64,000 nt of DNA from an uncultured Verrucomicrobiae bacterium (GCA_963812605.1 CAWEWF010000004.1:320001-384000); one strand, 5' to 3'. Numbered from the stretch's first letter, positions 11,901-21,858 are shown. The notes: a model not told the origin generated them from the sequence alone. Numbers and translations: made by a program.

Positions 11901-13822
11901 ACGTTCTTGGCGGTGGCGGGAGCGGTGAGACGAATGTCCCCAAACCCACCGACATTTCCACCGGCGCCTTCATCGCCAAGGCCGGAATTGGCGGCGAAAA
12001 CCACGATAAACTCCTGATTCAACGGCGATGGACCGGGAACACTGTTCGTGTTTCCTCCAATTCCCAGGTCTCCCACGAGCAAGGCATCGCGAACGGCGAT
12101 GTCAAAGGTCTGCGAATCGGAAGTGTATTGCCCGCCATTCGAACCGTCTGTGTTCAACGCGTCGCTCCAACTGTCGTTCTGGATGCGCGCACCGAGCCCA
12201 TAAGCCGAGGCGATGAACGACGGCAGTGAGTTGATGCAAAGAGTTGTGGGATCGATCACCGGGGCGGGTGGAGTGCCTGCGGTATGCGCCGCCTGAGACC
12301 AAATGCGCGAGACGCCGATCTCGCCAAACGGCGAAACGCCAAGGCCGAGCTGGAACCCGCTCGCATCCCGGTGGGTGTTGTCAACCGACTGGGTGACGAT
12401 AATTTCCGTCGGGAGCGTCAGCGGTGGGCTAAGTACCAGCCCGCTTGTGCAGGTTACTACGAGAGTTGTCGCAAGCATGCACGGCAACGTCGGGTAAATA
12501 AAGGTGTTGGTCTCGCTATCCGTACCCGAGCAAGTATACGGGTTAATAGGAAGGAATGTTTGAGTTACTATTTCGTTGATGACGCATACCTCATCAGCAA
12601 CGTTCGTCTGAACATCGTATCCGGCAATGACCGAAGCCACCAGCGTGCCGTGCCCGTAAAAATCCTCGGACCCGGAGAAGTTGACATCGAAAGCCTGGCA
12701 CCCCAGTTGTGGCTGGCCGGCATCGATGTAGCTGGGTGGCTCTCGATACACCACACGCGACGCCCCGGCCCGAGTGCCAAACTCGTAAAATGATGGATGC
12801 ACCACGTTGTCCACATCAATTCCCGTGTCCGCAACGTCTACAATCGGATACGCGAACTGATTAGTGATCGATGACAGGCCACCGGCCACGGTGTTGGTTA
12901 TGAAATCCAAGTAATTGGTGTACAAAGCCGATGTGCCAGTGAGTGAGTTGGTCGGCCCGAAACCGGGAGCGTTGGTCTGGGTGGCGAGGATGAGGCCCTG
13001 CACTTCGTCCAAGAGCCGCTGCGGTTCGACCTTCTGGATCCACAACACGTCCGGCAGTTGCGCGATTTTGGCAATGGCCGATGGTGGCACGTCCATTTCG
13101 AAGATCTGCTGTCCGGAGCGCGTCAGGGACGTGTTGACGAAGCCCATCGTGGGGACCCGTGTGGCCTCCTGTGGCTCCTGCGAGCGATCCACCACGGCCA
13201 CCCGCACCCTTATCGATTCAGTCCCGGAAGCATACCGAAGCTCTGGCGGGATCTTGTAAAATGGATGATAAGCCCCGATCCACTGAATGGAACCGCCGGG
13301 CGAGCGCAGCTTTTCAAGCTCCTTTTCCGTCCCGGTATCCATGAAGACCAAATAGGCGTCATTGGGCACATAGGAGACAACTTGCACGCCACTTACGGAT
13401 TTTATCAGGCTCAGCCACTCGGGCGTGATGGGTCCGCGGAACTGCACCAGTCGCAGCCGCTTGCCAGGCACCTCTTCCTCGCGAAAATTGGCTGGAACTG
13501 CCGGGTCACCGGAGGTCGTGTCGAACGAAGTACCGCTCAACTGAATACGGTTCAAACGGTTCTCCTTTACGGCTCGCGCCCCGTAAAGCTGCGTCAACTG
13601 ATCGACTTGAGCATCGGTCGCTTCCACCAACCAGTAGGAACCGTAGTTCGTAACTTTCTGGAAACCCTTTGCATTGAGCTGGCCGATTTTCTCGTCTGCA
13701 GTCGGGTAAACGACGACCTTGTTGTCCGCCGCCGCGACGGGCAACGCCTGACAGTGGTGTCCCGCGAGGATAAGACACACGAGACCAACAAGTACTGACA
13801 ACCACGTTTTGCAGGATTTCAT
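5961..13822 (-). CDS. Giant secreted S8 subtilase with tandem putative Ig (He_PIG-like) repeats, DUF11-like domain and basic C-terminal domain; multiple frameshifts
   Basis: Fragments 11072-13852 (signal peptide, pro-region, VADTG/GHGTLVAS/GSSYAAP), 10459-11172, 9759-10373, 9457-10092, 8927-9835, 8181-9344, 7090-8253, 6811-7059 and 5961-6659. Repeated 'ASGGTAPYSF...GSLPPGLTL...G.LSGTPT..G.FTFTVTATD'. ADLTVS...ITVTNLGPS...TVSANETDP matches DUF11. Confidence 0.8.
7690..10270 (-). repeat. Intragenic tandem repeat, about 525-528 bp unit (two Ig domains), about 4-5 copies
   Basis: ggcgcggt(g/a)cctcc(a/c)gaagccg recurs near 8160, 8683, 9210 and 9738. 'agcaccagtcccg(g/t)cg' recurs near 7851, 8371, 8899, 9426 and 9953. 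Confidence 0.85.
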
Positions 13823-14256
13823 TGCTCGAGTCTTCTCCACCCTACCTATCATTCGGAAAGATTGGCTGGTGGACTATAAGGTATCAAAAGGGCTTTTGCC
13901 TTTGCAACCAGAATGTTTGCAAAATACTTTGGCACTCTCACGGTTGCGAAAAATCGGGCTAAAACACAGGATTTCACCATTTATTTCAACAAGCAGATGC
14001 CGTTGTGTAGTTTGGAGGCCTGATAAATGAATTGGCAATTATCGCCTTCCACACGAGTCGGTTACACCCGCACGCTGCCGAGCCGCAAGGCCTCCGCCCC
14101 GCTCGCACCGCCACCGGCGGCATCGGGAAAACGGATGCCCCAGGCTGCGCCTCCCGTCTTGGTAAACTCTTGATTTGTCACTGCGTTCGGCGAGACCCCG
14201 GTGACCAGGTTTGATCTAGTTTGATTTGGTTGAATTGAGTCCACGCGGGGACGGGG

Positions 14257-14920
14257 TCATTCGGGCAGTTTGACTTCCCCGCTGGCTTCTGGTGGGTCCT
14301 CGATTCCGAACACCGCCTTCCGCAACCACGCCTGCCTTTCCTCGGGTGTCTTGTCTCCCCGGCAGATTTCGTCGCGGTGTTCCTCGGCCCATTTCGAAAA
14401 CTCCTCCTCGCGCAGTTCGCGGAGTTGCTCGCGCTCGAACTCCAGCCGTTCCCGTTCAAGCTTGAGCCGCTCGGCACTGTGGTCGCCCTTGCGCAGCGCG
14501 ACAATGTCCGCGCAGAACTCGCGGAGGATTTTCAAATCGATTTCGCCCTCCGCATTCAACTGACTGAGGACCTTGGCCGCGATCACGTAATGGGCCGTCA
14601 ACCGTTGCGCCAGAAGGTCCGGCAGACCGGGCTTTGCTGGCCTGATTCAGTTCGTCGGCATCGGCGTCCATCTGTCGGACAAGGCCGATGATCTCCTGGT
14701 GAAGGCCCCAGTCGCGGTAGCCGCCCTGTTTCCATTCGGACAGGTTCTGCTCGCTGATGGGCTGTCCTTTGAAGTTGGCCTTCAGAACGGCCTCCACTTC
14801 GGGCAGGGAATTCAGCCAGTCCACCAGATGTGTCTGCAACTCACCGTCGGCGAGGCGGCGATTGAGTTGTTCGCGGATTTCGCGGGGCAGTCGGGCGATT
14901 TTCCCGGTGCGGGTGCTCAT
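14257..14920 (-). CDS. DUF3486/phage Mu gp27-like protein (frameshift near 14630)
   Basis: MSTRTGKIARLPREIREQLNRRLADGE...WLNSLPEV...ISEQNLSEWKQGGY continues into the 14257-14601 frame (ALRKGDHSAERLKLERERLEFER). Confidence 0.6.
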
Positions 14921-14978
14921 GGGGCAATCCTCACGGGAGACCGCGAATGAAAGGGAATGGACGCGAATTTCATAACGG

Positions 14979-15180
14979 TCACCTGTATTTCCCCCGGATG
15001 TAGCGGTTGTAGTCGGCCGGGCGACGAGGCATTCAGCAAGCCTTCGAAGTGGCGGGACGGCACGCCGGGGTGGTCGTAGACGCGTCCACTGCGGAATTCG
15101 ACGGTCAGCGTTCCGCCAGCGAAGCCGACGGCGCGAATCGCGGTCGAGGTGACGGTAATCATTTCAACGTAGTAGCTCAT
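14979..15180 (-). CDS. KTSC domain protein (frameshift near 15015)
   Basis: VTSTAIRAVGF..GTLTVEFRSGRVYDHPGVPSRHFEGLLNASSPG, then YNRYIRGKYR* in the shifted frame, which is the KTSC consensus. Confidence 0.75.
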
Positions 15181-15246
15181 GGCTTGCTCCTTTTTGAAGT
15201 TGGTTGGTGCTTCATCAAGGCAAGAGTGCCATTGAAGTTCCCGAAC

Positions 15247-16175
15247 TTAAATGACGATAAACGACCGCTGGGGTTTTTCGTTACCTGCTTCGCCCACCGC
15301 GTGTCTCAGCCGACAGCGGAGGAACTCAAAACGGAGGACCGGGCGGGTCCGAGTTCGCCCACCCTGCGTCTCACCGGACAAGGAAGGCTCGCCAAATGGG
15401 TACATCCTTTTGAATCGCTTCACTGTTTCAGACCGGGCTTGAAGCTGCCGTTGTGGATTTCGTTCCCAAACCTTGAAACCCTTCATTCTCAACTGGGATG
15501 GTGTGTAGTGGTGCAGCAGGCGCATGATCGCCAGCCCATCCAAGGCGGGTTGGACAGAAAATGCTCCACGCGACGTCCATCCCACAGCCTGAAAACGCCA
15601 GGTCTGCGCCTGGCATTGACCCACCGCGCAAACCCTTGCACGATTTCCTCGTTGGTGCAGAATCGCCAGTAGATGCGAAAGACGCCCACCTCGTACCCCT
15701 CGGTTTCGTCACAGAATGACGAAGGCTCATCTTCTGGTCGCAAGCGTCGCCACATTTCCGGGGTGAGGTGCGCTAAGTATTCATCCACCAGTTGTCTGAT
15801 TTTGATCGTCTCAACCCAGTGGCCGCGCCCAAACGGATGGGGCTTGTCGGCATTGGCAGGTAAAACACCTTTACGGCGATCTCTTTTTGACAATTGTTGC
15901 CAAGGAAGCGGGAACTGGCCAAGGCCAAAGAATCTATCGACGATCAACCACGGATATTTCCCGTAACCCTGTATCCGGGCCATGCTGCCGCAGCTAGGGT
16001 TGCCGTCGATGCTACGCTGATGCACAGATCGGATAAATGCCGATTCGCGCGCATACTCCCACCAGCAGCACACTTCCAATTCATCGGAAGGCACCCCGTC
16101 GAAGTTCCAGTTGCGAGGGTCGTCAATCGTCAGGTCTGGCGGCAGCGCTTCTCTCGTTTCGGACGCGTTGCTCAT
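15247..16175 (-). CDS. Hypothetical protein (probably one gene, frameshift near 15560)
   Basis: ORF 15489-16175 (CCWWEYARES) and ORF 15247-15624 (LDGLAIMRLLHHY) overlap on the same strand. Confidence 0.45.
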
Positions 16176-16288
16176 TTCAGTGGCGGGAAGACCCTCATGA
16201 TTTTTACCTTTTCAAGGCTGACGGTGAGGGCTTGACCGTGTAACCAGTAGCCCATGCCTTTTTTGCGGCCCGGCTTCTTATCTGCCAT
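16172..16288 (-). CDS. Small basic 38-aa protein
   Basis: MADKKPGRKKGMGYWLHGQALTVSLEKVKIMRVFPPLK*. Its TGA overlaps the ATG of the next gene (ATGA at 16175-16172). Confidence 0.35.
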   Translation of the reverse strand: MADKKPGRKKGMGYWLHGQALTVSLEKVKIMRVFPPLK

Positions 16289-16308
16289 ACACGTTTCAAA
16301 GGAATATC

Positions 16309-16590
16309 TCACACCCGTTTTGCGGCCAGGTGTTCGTCGAGAATTTCCCGGACGGTCAACGCGCGGATTTCGCGGCCTTCCTTGCGCTGGAATCGGTCGA
16401 TCTCGAAGCGCGCGTCCCCGCTGAAGTCGAAGCCGACGAAGTAGCCAAGCTTGCGGTCTTCACGAGCCATCACCGCCTCGAAGGCGTCGATATCCGGGCG
16501 GCCTACTTTGTCTTTTTGCTTCACCTGAACCGGATACCACACGTCCATGAATTCCAAATGACAGGTTTCCTTGCCGACGCGCTGTACCAT
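16309..16590 (-). pseudogene. C-terminal fragment of an Mrr-like restriction endonuclease domain
   Basis: WYPVQVKQKDKVGRPDIDAFEAVM..EDRKLGYFVGFDFSGDA contains the Mrr-type QxK motif. The N-terminal part of the domain is missing. Confidence 0.65.
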
Positions 16591-16643
16591 CAGGAAATCG
16601 TAGAGCGCGCCAGCCTAACGGCGATCACAAAGAGGATCCCCAC

Positions 16644-17019
16644 CTAAAGTCCTTCTGCGGCTTCAGCGGCAGGCGGATGATCTCGCTTCCACTTTTCCAC
16701 CGGATCCTCGGCAATAGTCTCCGGCTCGCTGGCTGGTTCCTCTGCGGGTGTAGCACTGGCCGTCTCGGCGACTACCTCCGATTTCAAAACCAATTCCCCG
16801 GCACAATGCGGGCACCGCGTCGATTTCGGATGGATCGACCGGTGGCAATACCAGCATGACACTCCGAGGCGAAACGCGCAGAATCACCGCCAGCGGACCA
16901 AAGACCAAGCCGTAGAGAAACCAGTTGGCGTCTTCCTCCCCGCGATTCCTGGCCACGGCGGCCGCCCCAAAGGCACAGCACAACCAAACAAAAACAATCA
17001 GTGGGGTCGACAAATCCAT
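16644..17019 (-). CDS. Small membrane protein with C-terminal zinc ribbon (frameshifted)
   Basis: TM segment VARNRGE...WFLYGLVFGPLAVIL (16663-17019) followed by CWYC...CPHC (16644-16862). Confidence 0.55.
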
Positions 17020-17022
17020 CGC

Positions 17023-17559
17023 TCACAGCCCCTTGGCGGCCTTGGCGGCGTCGGCCTTTTTCTTGGCCTCCACCTCTTCATAAAATTGCTGGGAGAGCTC
17101 GGAGTTATAGATCGTCACGAAGGCATCTCCTGGTGTATCGCGTGTAAACATTTGCACGATTTTCCCCTTCCATCGCTCCTCAGGGGTTGCCGTCCCTTTT
17201 ATCGCAGGGCCCGGCTCTCCGTAGGCCGCCACGAAAACATCCCGCACCTGTTCGAGATCTTCGTGAGCGATAATAATGGAAATTTCGTGCAGCTTTCCGC
17301 GCGTCGTTGAGTAGTAGATGGCTTTGGCGGTTGCAGTGCCAATGCTTAAATTCTCTGGCTTGCGCTCATATTCGTCCCAGTCCGAATCCTTCAAGCGAAC
17401 CATGTCCGCCCGGTTCGAAAGCACCTCCCCAAACTTCAAATCCCGAAACCCATTCCGCCAGTCCATATAAGCCAGCGTCCCCATTGGCGGCGCATTCGTG
17501 TCGGCGGCGAGCGTCAGGCTCGCCATTAAGAATACGACAACGGCCAAAGAGTATTTCAT
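17023..17559 (-). CDS. Secreted hypothetical protein
   Basis: Signal peptide MKYSLAVVVFLMASLTLAA, motif NGFRDLKFG; 178 aa. Confidence 0.65.
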   Translation of the reverse strand: MKYSLAVVVFLMASLTLAADTNAPPMGTLAYMDWRNGFRDLKFGEVLSNRADMVRLKDSDWDEYERKPENLSIGTATAKAIYYSTTRGKLHEISIIIAHEDLEQVRDVFVAAYGEPGPAIKGTATPEERWKGKIVQMFTRDTPGDAFVTIYNSELSQQFYEEVEAKKKADAAKAAKGL

Positions 17560-17714
17560 GTCTTGCCCTTTTCTTTTTTCGACCGATGCTGCACCAGTTC
17601 CTCACGAATGGTTTTCAGATTGTCGCCGCAATAGATAACGCGCGTGTCCACGAGTGAAGATGGACGGCCCGCACTTGCCGTGCCTGCGGATGAAGCCTGG
17701 CGCGCTTTCGCCAT
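17556..17714 (-). pseudogene. N-terminal fragment resembling a DNA N6/N4 methyltransferase
   Basis: Manual translation MAKARQASSAGTASAGRPSSLVDTRVIYCGDNLKTIREE...*. IYCGDNL is a typical start of a beta-class MTase. RBS-like agaagg lies upstream. Confidence 0.5.
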
Positions 17715-17821
17715 GCCCACCTTCTACTCGAAAATGGGAGGGCTGTAAAAGAGAAAAGGGCGATGACGCAGACCGCGCACCCGCCGCTCCCGCACTTTGC
17801 GCAAAGCCCAGGTGCCGTAAT

Positions 17822-17915
17822 TTGTAGGCGAGCGGCTCGCTTGCCGTCGTTTATGGACATGGCAGGCGGGCCGCCTGCCCTACAATCCAGAAACGCCTCC
17901 CTACAATCCAGAAAC
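17822..17915. repeat. Inverted GTAG-type REP pair followed by a 21-bp tandem duplication
   Basis: tgtaggcgagcggctcgcttgcc ... ggcaggcgggccgcctgccctaca, then ccctacaatccagaaac(g/a)cct twice. Confidence 0.55.
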
Positions 17916-17982
17916 ACCTCGATGAATCCTGAATTCAAACTGACGCTATACACCGCCGGCATCGGAAAATTGGCCGGACGCG

Positions 17983-18675
17983 TCAGCTTTTTACGAATTG
18001 CGGCCGGCCAATTGTCACGGCGCCTGCGCCCGGCGAGAAATTCGCGCCAGCCCGCCGCGTTTCGGGCCACCAGGCGAAACGCTCCCGCAACAAACTTTCA
18101 TCGTCTACCGTTACCTCCAGCCGCGTCTGCGGCCACGGTTCATGCCTCACCCGAAACATTCGCCGCAACCCATGCCACTCCGTGAAGGCCACGTACCGCT
18201 CCAGCAGGAATTCGTCGAGGCTGCCGTGTTCACAAGGCGCGAAACATATCGCGGCGTCCCGCTCCGCTTTGTAAGAAAATCCCGTCCCGCGACTCGTCAC
18301 GCGGCCCCGGATCATCCGCTCGCGATGCTCGTACTCGATTCTTCCAAGCCGATAGGGCAACCCAAATAGGGGCGGCCCCAACCAGGTTGCGACCCGTTTT
18401 GGCACCCACTCCGCAAGAAAGAAGATTCCCGTCTCGCCTGCGTGCCGCACATACGTGCGCACGTTGAGAAACTCGTGGTTCGCGAACCAGCACCCCACCC
18501 ATTTTGTCAGGCTCCCGCCGAAGGCAAACCGCAATCGCTCCTGCGAAAACGCCACCACGCTCACGTAAGCTTTCCCCTCGCGCACGTCCAGGGGAAACGG
18601 CACCGTTGCCTGCAACCGCGCCGGCTCCACTTCATAATGCAGGAACAACACACTCATCCATTTCGCTTTAAGCAT
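17983..18675 (-). CDS. DUF2071/YqjF family protein
   Basis: W.SVLFLHYEVEPARLQATVPFPLDVREGKAYVSVVAF...FLNVRTYVRH..ETGIFFL...LDEFLLERY...VRHEPWP. Confidence 0.85.
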   Translation of the reverse strand: MLKAKWMSVLFLHYEVEPARLQATVPFPLDVREGKAYVSVVAFSQERLRFAFGGSLTKWVGCWFANHEFLNVRTYVRHAGETGIFFLAEWVPKRVATWLGPPLFGLPYRLGRIEYEHRERMIRGRVTSRGTGFSYKAERDAAICFAPCEHGSLDEFLLERYVAFTEWHGLRRMFRVRHEPWPQTRLEVTVDDESLLRERFAWWPETRRAGANFSPGAGAVTIGRPQFVKS

Positions 18676-18700
18676 CCCAGCTCCACACACGATTTATCGA

Positions 18701-19651
18701 CTATCCAAAGCACCGACAGTCGTGCAGTCGAAATGCACCTGGTTTGGGCAACCCCTGATGAATTTGTGCATCCGTGAATTGAATTTCGGGCCGCAGATTT
18801 TCGGGCAATGAGCTGCAGGCCGGCAGGGGTTCCACGATTCCCTCCGAAAGAATGCGCACTTGCGCGATGGACACCAGTGGGGTCTTCATTACCCGCTCCA
18901 GGCAACAACCCAGCAGATAGTGAAACCATAATGGCATGGGGACATACAGCGGTTTCTTTCCAACCACCCGGGCCACCCGTTGCACGGCTTCGGTCAACAT
19001 CAGCTCTTCTGGTCCCGTCACTGCTACCGTCTGCCGCGACAGCCTTCCATCAAGCAAGCTCGCGCGCAGAATGCGAACAACGTCTTCAACTGCAGTCGGG
19101 CGTATCGGCTTGTCTTGGAAACCTACGAGCGCGAAAACTGGAAACGTGTAAAAAGCGTGGCTCAGATGGTCCAGCATGTGATCGCCAACCCCATAGATGA
19201 CGCCGCATTTCAGCACCGTGTAGTCCAGCCCCGAGGCGCGAACGATCTCTTCGGCAGCCCATTTCGATTCATGATAGCCGGAGCCACAACCGGGTCGCGC
19301 ACGGAGAAAACTCAGCAAGGCGACCTTCTTCACACCGGCCCGCGTCGCTGCGTTGACGACATGTCGCGTTCCTTCCACATGCACGCGCTGGTAGGTTTGC
19401 CGCCCGAGCTCACGATTGATTCCGGCGCAATGCGCGACCGCATCGCATCCGGCAAATGCTTCGGCCAGCTTCGACTCGTCTTCGAGACCCACCATCGCCA
19501 GCTGAACGCCCGCCAGCTGTCGAATGCTCTCATCACGGTTGTCCAATCCGCGCGCAACTAGCACCACTTCATGTCCGTCTTCCACCAGCGCCCGCGCGAC
19601 ATGTCGTCCCACGAACCCGGTTCCGCCAGTAATTGCCACTTTCATGTTCAC
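18701..19651 (-). CDS. NAD(P)-dependent epimerase/dehydratase, NDUFA9-like atypical SDR
   Basis: VAITGGTGFVGRHV, YHESKWAAEEIVRASGLDYTVL, RPTAVEDV. Confidence 0.85.
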   Translation of the reverse strand: MNMKVAITGGTGFVGRHVARALVEDGHEVVLVARGLDNRDESIRQLAGVQLAMVGLEDESKLAEAFAGCDAVAHCAGINRELGRQTYQRVHVEGTRHVVNAATRAGVKKVALLSFLRARPGCGSGYHESKWAAEEIVRASGLDYTVLKCGVIYGVGDHMLDHLSHAFYTFPVFALVGFQDKPIRPTAVEDVVRILRASLLDGRLSRQTVAVTGPEELMLTEAVQRVARVVGKKPLYVPMPLWFHYLLGCCLERVMKTPLVSIAQVRILSEGIVEPLPACSSLPENLRPEIQFTDAQIHQGLPKPGAFRLHDCRCFG

Positions 19652-19672
19652 ATTCTCCTTTGCACATTGAGA

Positions 19673-20047
19673 CTAGGCCATCATCGGCGGTTTCGCGTTC
19701 TCTTTCCCGCGCCGTCGGCTCGTCGAAAGAACGTACAGGTTGAAGAAGTGCATGACCCCAAGGACGACCAGCACCAAACCCACTTTGGTGCTCAGGAACT
19801 CGATCGCCTCCTGCAGGTTCCCCGGCTTCTCCCCGTACTTCAATGCCAGCGTCACGTATCCGATATTGATCAGGTAGAACCCGACCACCAGCAGATGATT
19901 CACCGAATCCGCAATGGCTTCGTTTCCCAGAAATGCGTCCACCAGGAAAACCCGCCCATTCTTATGCAGCGTCTGCGCCACCCACAGCGTCAGGGCCACG
20001 CTGATCACCACATAAAACGCATACGTCCAGACGATATACAGATTCAT
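19673..20047 (-). CDS. Conserved small integral membrane protein
   Basis: Three hydrophobic segments; LHKNGRVFLVDAF...ADSVNHLLVVGFYLINIGY. Confidence 0.75.
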   Translation of the reverse strand: MNLYIVWTYAFYVVISVALTLWVAQTLHKNGRVFLVDAFLGNEAIADSVNHLLVVGFYLINIGYVTLALKYGEKPGNLQEAIEFLSTKVGLVLVVLGVMHFFNLYVLSTSRRRGKENAKPPMMA

Positions 20048-20065
20048 ACCGGCTCCTTTCCGTGG

Positions 20066-21004
20066 CTAATGCCACCTTCTCGTGAGACTTTGCAGTCTCA
20101 GTTCCTTCTTGTTTTCCGCGACGATCCATCCGAGCAACCCGCACACGCTAAAACCCACCGCCTGCAATACCCCGTGCGTCCGCGCCATTTGCGGGATGGC
20201 GATCCACACCTCACCGAAATAATCAGCCACCGCGTAGACACTCGCATAAACCATCGCCACAACCGCCGCGATCGCCGACACTCCCAACAGCGCGCGGGCT
20301 GCCAAGGGTTCAATTTTTCTCAGGCTCCACAGCACCCACGCGGCCATCATCATCAACGCGACGACGAGCAATGTGGCTCCGGTCAATCTCACCGGCCGCG
20401 CGTGTAAGAGATATCCTGCGGCCAGTAGGGGTGACCCGCCTGCCGCACAGATTGTCAGCATCCATTTCATCTTCCCGTTTTCATCCCCGGTCCTGTCCAG
20501 GACTTCCGCCGCCATCAGCGGCGTCACGAACGCCGCAAAATGAAAGTGCACGGCCACCAACAGCACAAGCGGCTCTTGAAACCCCAGCGGCTGCATTCCC
20601 CAGCGCGATTGCAACAAGCCGACAGCGCCCACTGCCAATCCGATCATCCCCACCACGCGGCAAATCTCGCCAAGATGTTGTGTCGACGGAGTGAGATGTG
20701 TCCGGCGCTGCCACAGCCCACCGATGGCAATCCAGATGCATACCGCCAGCCACGGCGCCACCAGCATTCCCGCGATCGTACCGGTCGGCGCCAGAAAGGA
20801 AATCGCCGCGCCGACGGCTGCAATTAAGAGCAGCCACAGACTGTCCACCCCCGCGAGTTGTAGTCCCAACGGCGCGACGACGAGCGGTCCGAGCAGGAAA
20901 AGTCTCTCAATCGTTCCGATTCCGCGGTTCGGGTCCCAGGGAGCCAGAACGAAAGCGCCCCACAGAGCGCTTCCACTGGCAACCGGGAGGAGTTTCGCTT
21001 TCAT
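20066..21004 (-). CDS. YndJ-like membrane protein
   Basis: PLGFQEPLVLLVAVHFHFAAF and IPQMARTHGVLQAVGF match YndJ hallmarks. Confidence 0.8.
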   Translation of the reverse strand: MKAKLLPVASGSALWGAFVLAPWDPNRGIGTIERLFLLGPLVVAPLGLQLAGVDSLWLLLIAAVGAAISFLAPTGTIAGMLVAPWLAVCIWIAIGGLWQRRTHLTPSTQHLGEICRVVGMIGLAVGAVGLLQSRWGMQPLGFQEPLVLLVAVHFHFAAFVTPLMAAEVLDRTGDENGKMKWMLTICAAGGSPLLAAGYLLHARPVRLTGATLLVVALMMMAAWVLWSLRKIEPLAARALLGVSAIAAVVAMVYASVYAVADYFGEVWIAIPQMARTHGVLQAVGFSVCGLLGWIVAENKKELRLQSLTRRWH

Positions 21005-21441
21005 CAGTTCCCTCCGCCGGCGGCACACCAGTGCCAGAAGATCAACAACCAGTACGTTGCCGCCAGCGCGCAAAATAATCCCGTGAGCAACGCGTGACCG
21101 ACGGCAAACTGCCGGCCCTTCGGCCAATCGGTATGTTCGTAGTAGAAGAAGTCGACCGCAACCCGCGCGGTCCAATACGTGGCGATAAATGCCGCGATCC
21201 CCAGGGCCGCCCGCACGCCCAGCAACATGTCTTCATGCAAGAGAAGCGTCAGCAGGCCAAAAGTGGTGATCGTCAATATCGCAAACGCCCCATGGACCCA
21301 CATCAATTTGCGGTTGAAGGAACTGAGCCGCGGCAACTCGTCAACCCAGTGCAACCGCCAGGGCACCTGAAAGCTCGCGATGAGCACAACGAAGTGGCCG
21401 ATGCCCGCCAGCCAGAGCAGTACATTGAGTAATTCCTTCAT
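21004..21441 (-). CDS. Membrane protein (4 TM)
   Basis: MKELLNVLLWLAGIGHFVVLIASFQVPWRLHWVDELPRLSSFNRKLMWVH; translationally coupled to both neighbours. Confidence 0.7.
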   Translation of the reverse strand: MKELLNVLLWLAGIGHFVVLIASFQVPWRLHWVDELPRLSSFNRKLMWVHGAFAILTITTFGLLTLLLHEDMLLGVRAALGIAAFIATYWTARVAVDFFYYEHTDWPKGRQFAVGHALLTGLFCALAATYWLLIFWHWCAAGGGN

Positions 21442-21845
21442 GATATCACCCTCCAAGCTGCCAACGTGAACACCAGGCCAAGGTAAACGAACAAGAGCGT
21501 GAAGAAATAGTGGGCCAGGCGATTCTGCGCTTTGACCCGGTCGTCGTAATAGCCAAGCTGCACGACAATCCGCGGGAGCCAAAATGCGGCCATCAACAAG
21601 CTGAGGAATCGTCCCAGCCCCGGTCCGCTCGCCAGTTCGGGCGCAAACCACACGCTCAACGCGCCCAAACCGATCAACACCCCGACAATGTAGACCGCAT
21701 GCACGATGAAAATCTGGCGAACAATCGCCGACATTTTCATCAGATTCGCGCCGTACCCCAGCTTCCGGGGGATAAACAGGTTTGCCGCTGCGATTACCCA
21801 TTGGATGATTCCCGCCGCCCAGATATATGGCACCAGCCGATTCAT
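21438..21845 (-). CDS. Membrane protein, paralog of the downstream gene
   Basis: AANLFIPRKLGYGANLMKMSAIVRQIFIVH...FWLPRIVVQLGYY aligns by eye with the 21004-21441 protein. Confidence 0.7.
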   Translation of the reverse strand: MNRLVPYIWAAGIIQWVIAAANLFIPRKLGYGANLMKMSAIVRQIFIVHAVYIVGVLIGLGALSVWFAPELASGPGLGRFLSLLMAAFWLPRIVVQLGYYDDRVKAQNRLAHYFFTLLFVYLGLVFTLAAWRVIS

Positions 21846-21858
21846 GATCGTTCTCCTT

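Noticed and set aside
14257-17714. Prophage
   Set aside because: No integrase, terminase, portal, capsid or tail genes; only isolated phage-associated domains.
17878-17915. 21-bp direct repeat as a mini-CRISPR or att site
   Set aside because: Only two adjacent copies with no spacer, adjoining a REP; a simple duplication explains it.
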